Shown: positions 63,740-64,000 of the stretch, piece by piece | Numbering within the stretch: position 1 is the stretch's first letter | Layout: each line of letters opens with the position of its first letter | IMG/VR virus record: IMGVR_UViG_3300042259_000159 | Reading direction: 5' to 3' (one strand) | Origin: a virus | Length of the DNA stretch: 64,000 nucleotides | Made by a program: the position numbers and the translations under genes | Notes under the pieces: generated by a model | Told to the model about the DNA's origin: nothing | Databases searched by the model: none | Seen by the model: only the letters and a program-made list of their open reading frames with translations

Positions 63740-64000
63740 GGATTACGCGACATGTATGGCGAAAGCTGTACTGGCAACTGTGTGAACTCAGGGAAACCTT
63801 AGCTGCTGCAATTGGGCAGAGGAAGAAGGCAATCCTGAGCGAAGCCTTCCCACCGGGAAGGAACGTGCAACGACCATCGAAAGCGTAACACCTGTTACAG
63901 TGAGTAGAGTACACCACACATGTGTGGTGGAAGCGCACAGCCCCTAACATGTAACGATGAGGGTGAAGATATGGTCTGAACCTACAGAAATGTAGAAAAA
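63740..64000 (+). ncRNA. group I intron 3 in terL (runs off right edge)
   Basis: CAACGACCATCG...GAAGATATGGTCTGA, with GACCA/TGGTC replacing the GACTA/TAGTC of introns 1 and 2. Hairpin CCTACAgaaaTGTAG(G). Confidence 0.55.

Overview
This 64-kb window looks like part of a tailed dsDNA phage genome. It has no rRNA or host housekeeping genes, and ORFs are tightly packed with GGAGG-type RBSs and ATGA/TAATG couplings. All calls rest on motifs read by eye; no searches were run.

Recognisable modules:
- 1-11.6 kb (-): an intron-interrupted primase-helicase, then a seven-gene ATP-grasp / amidoligase / glutamine-amidotransferase cluster and small ORFs.
- 13-16.7 kb (+): tail fibre, an overlapping spanin pair and a holin-like gene.
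- 16.9-20 kb (-): HNH endonuclease, HAD nucleotidase, FEN exonuclease, SSB.
- 20.7-33.3 kb (+): a second primase-helicase, family A DNA polymerase, CCA-adding enzyme and two cell-wall hydrolases.
- 33.8-38.7 kb (+): an island of small genes, many with their own TTGACA-N17 promoter.
- 40.2-54.6 kb (-): methyltransferases, PAPS-reductase-like protein, ligase, dUTPase, NrdD/NrdG, ThyX, phosphoesterase.
- 54.6-58.2 kb (-): a tRNA cluster carrying an HNH cassette and a TnpB element.
- 58.2-61.4 kb (-): a second small-gene island.
- 61.8-64 kb (+): start of the packaging module.

The most unusual features are:
- a very high load of selfish elements: about four group I introns (three in terL), an intein in nrdD, five or more homing endonuclease genes and a TnpB element;
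- the uncharacterised amidoligase cluster;
- three large repeat-rich non-coding regions containing Fur-box-like sites, iterons and palindromes;
- two disrupted methyltransferase genes.

Spanins, SD sites, sigma70-type promoters and anaerobic NrdDG suggest a diderm, probably anaerobic host.
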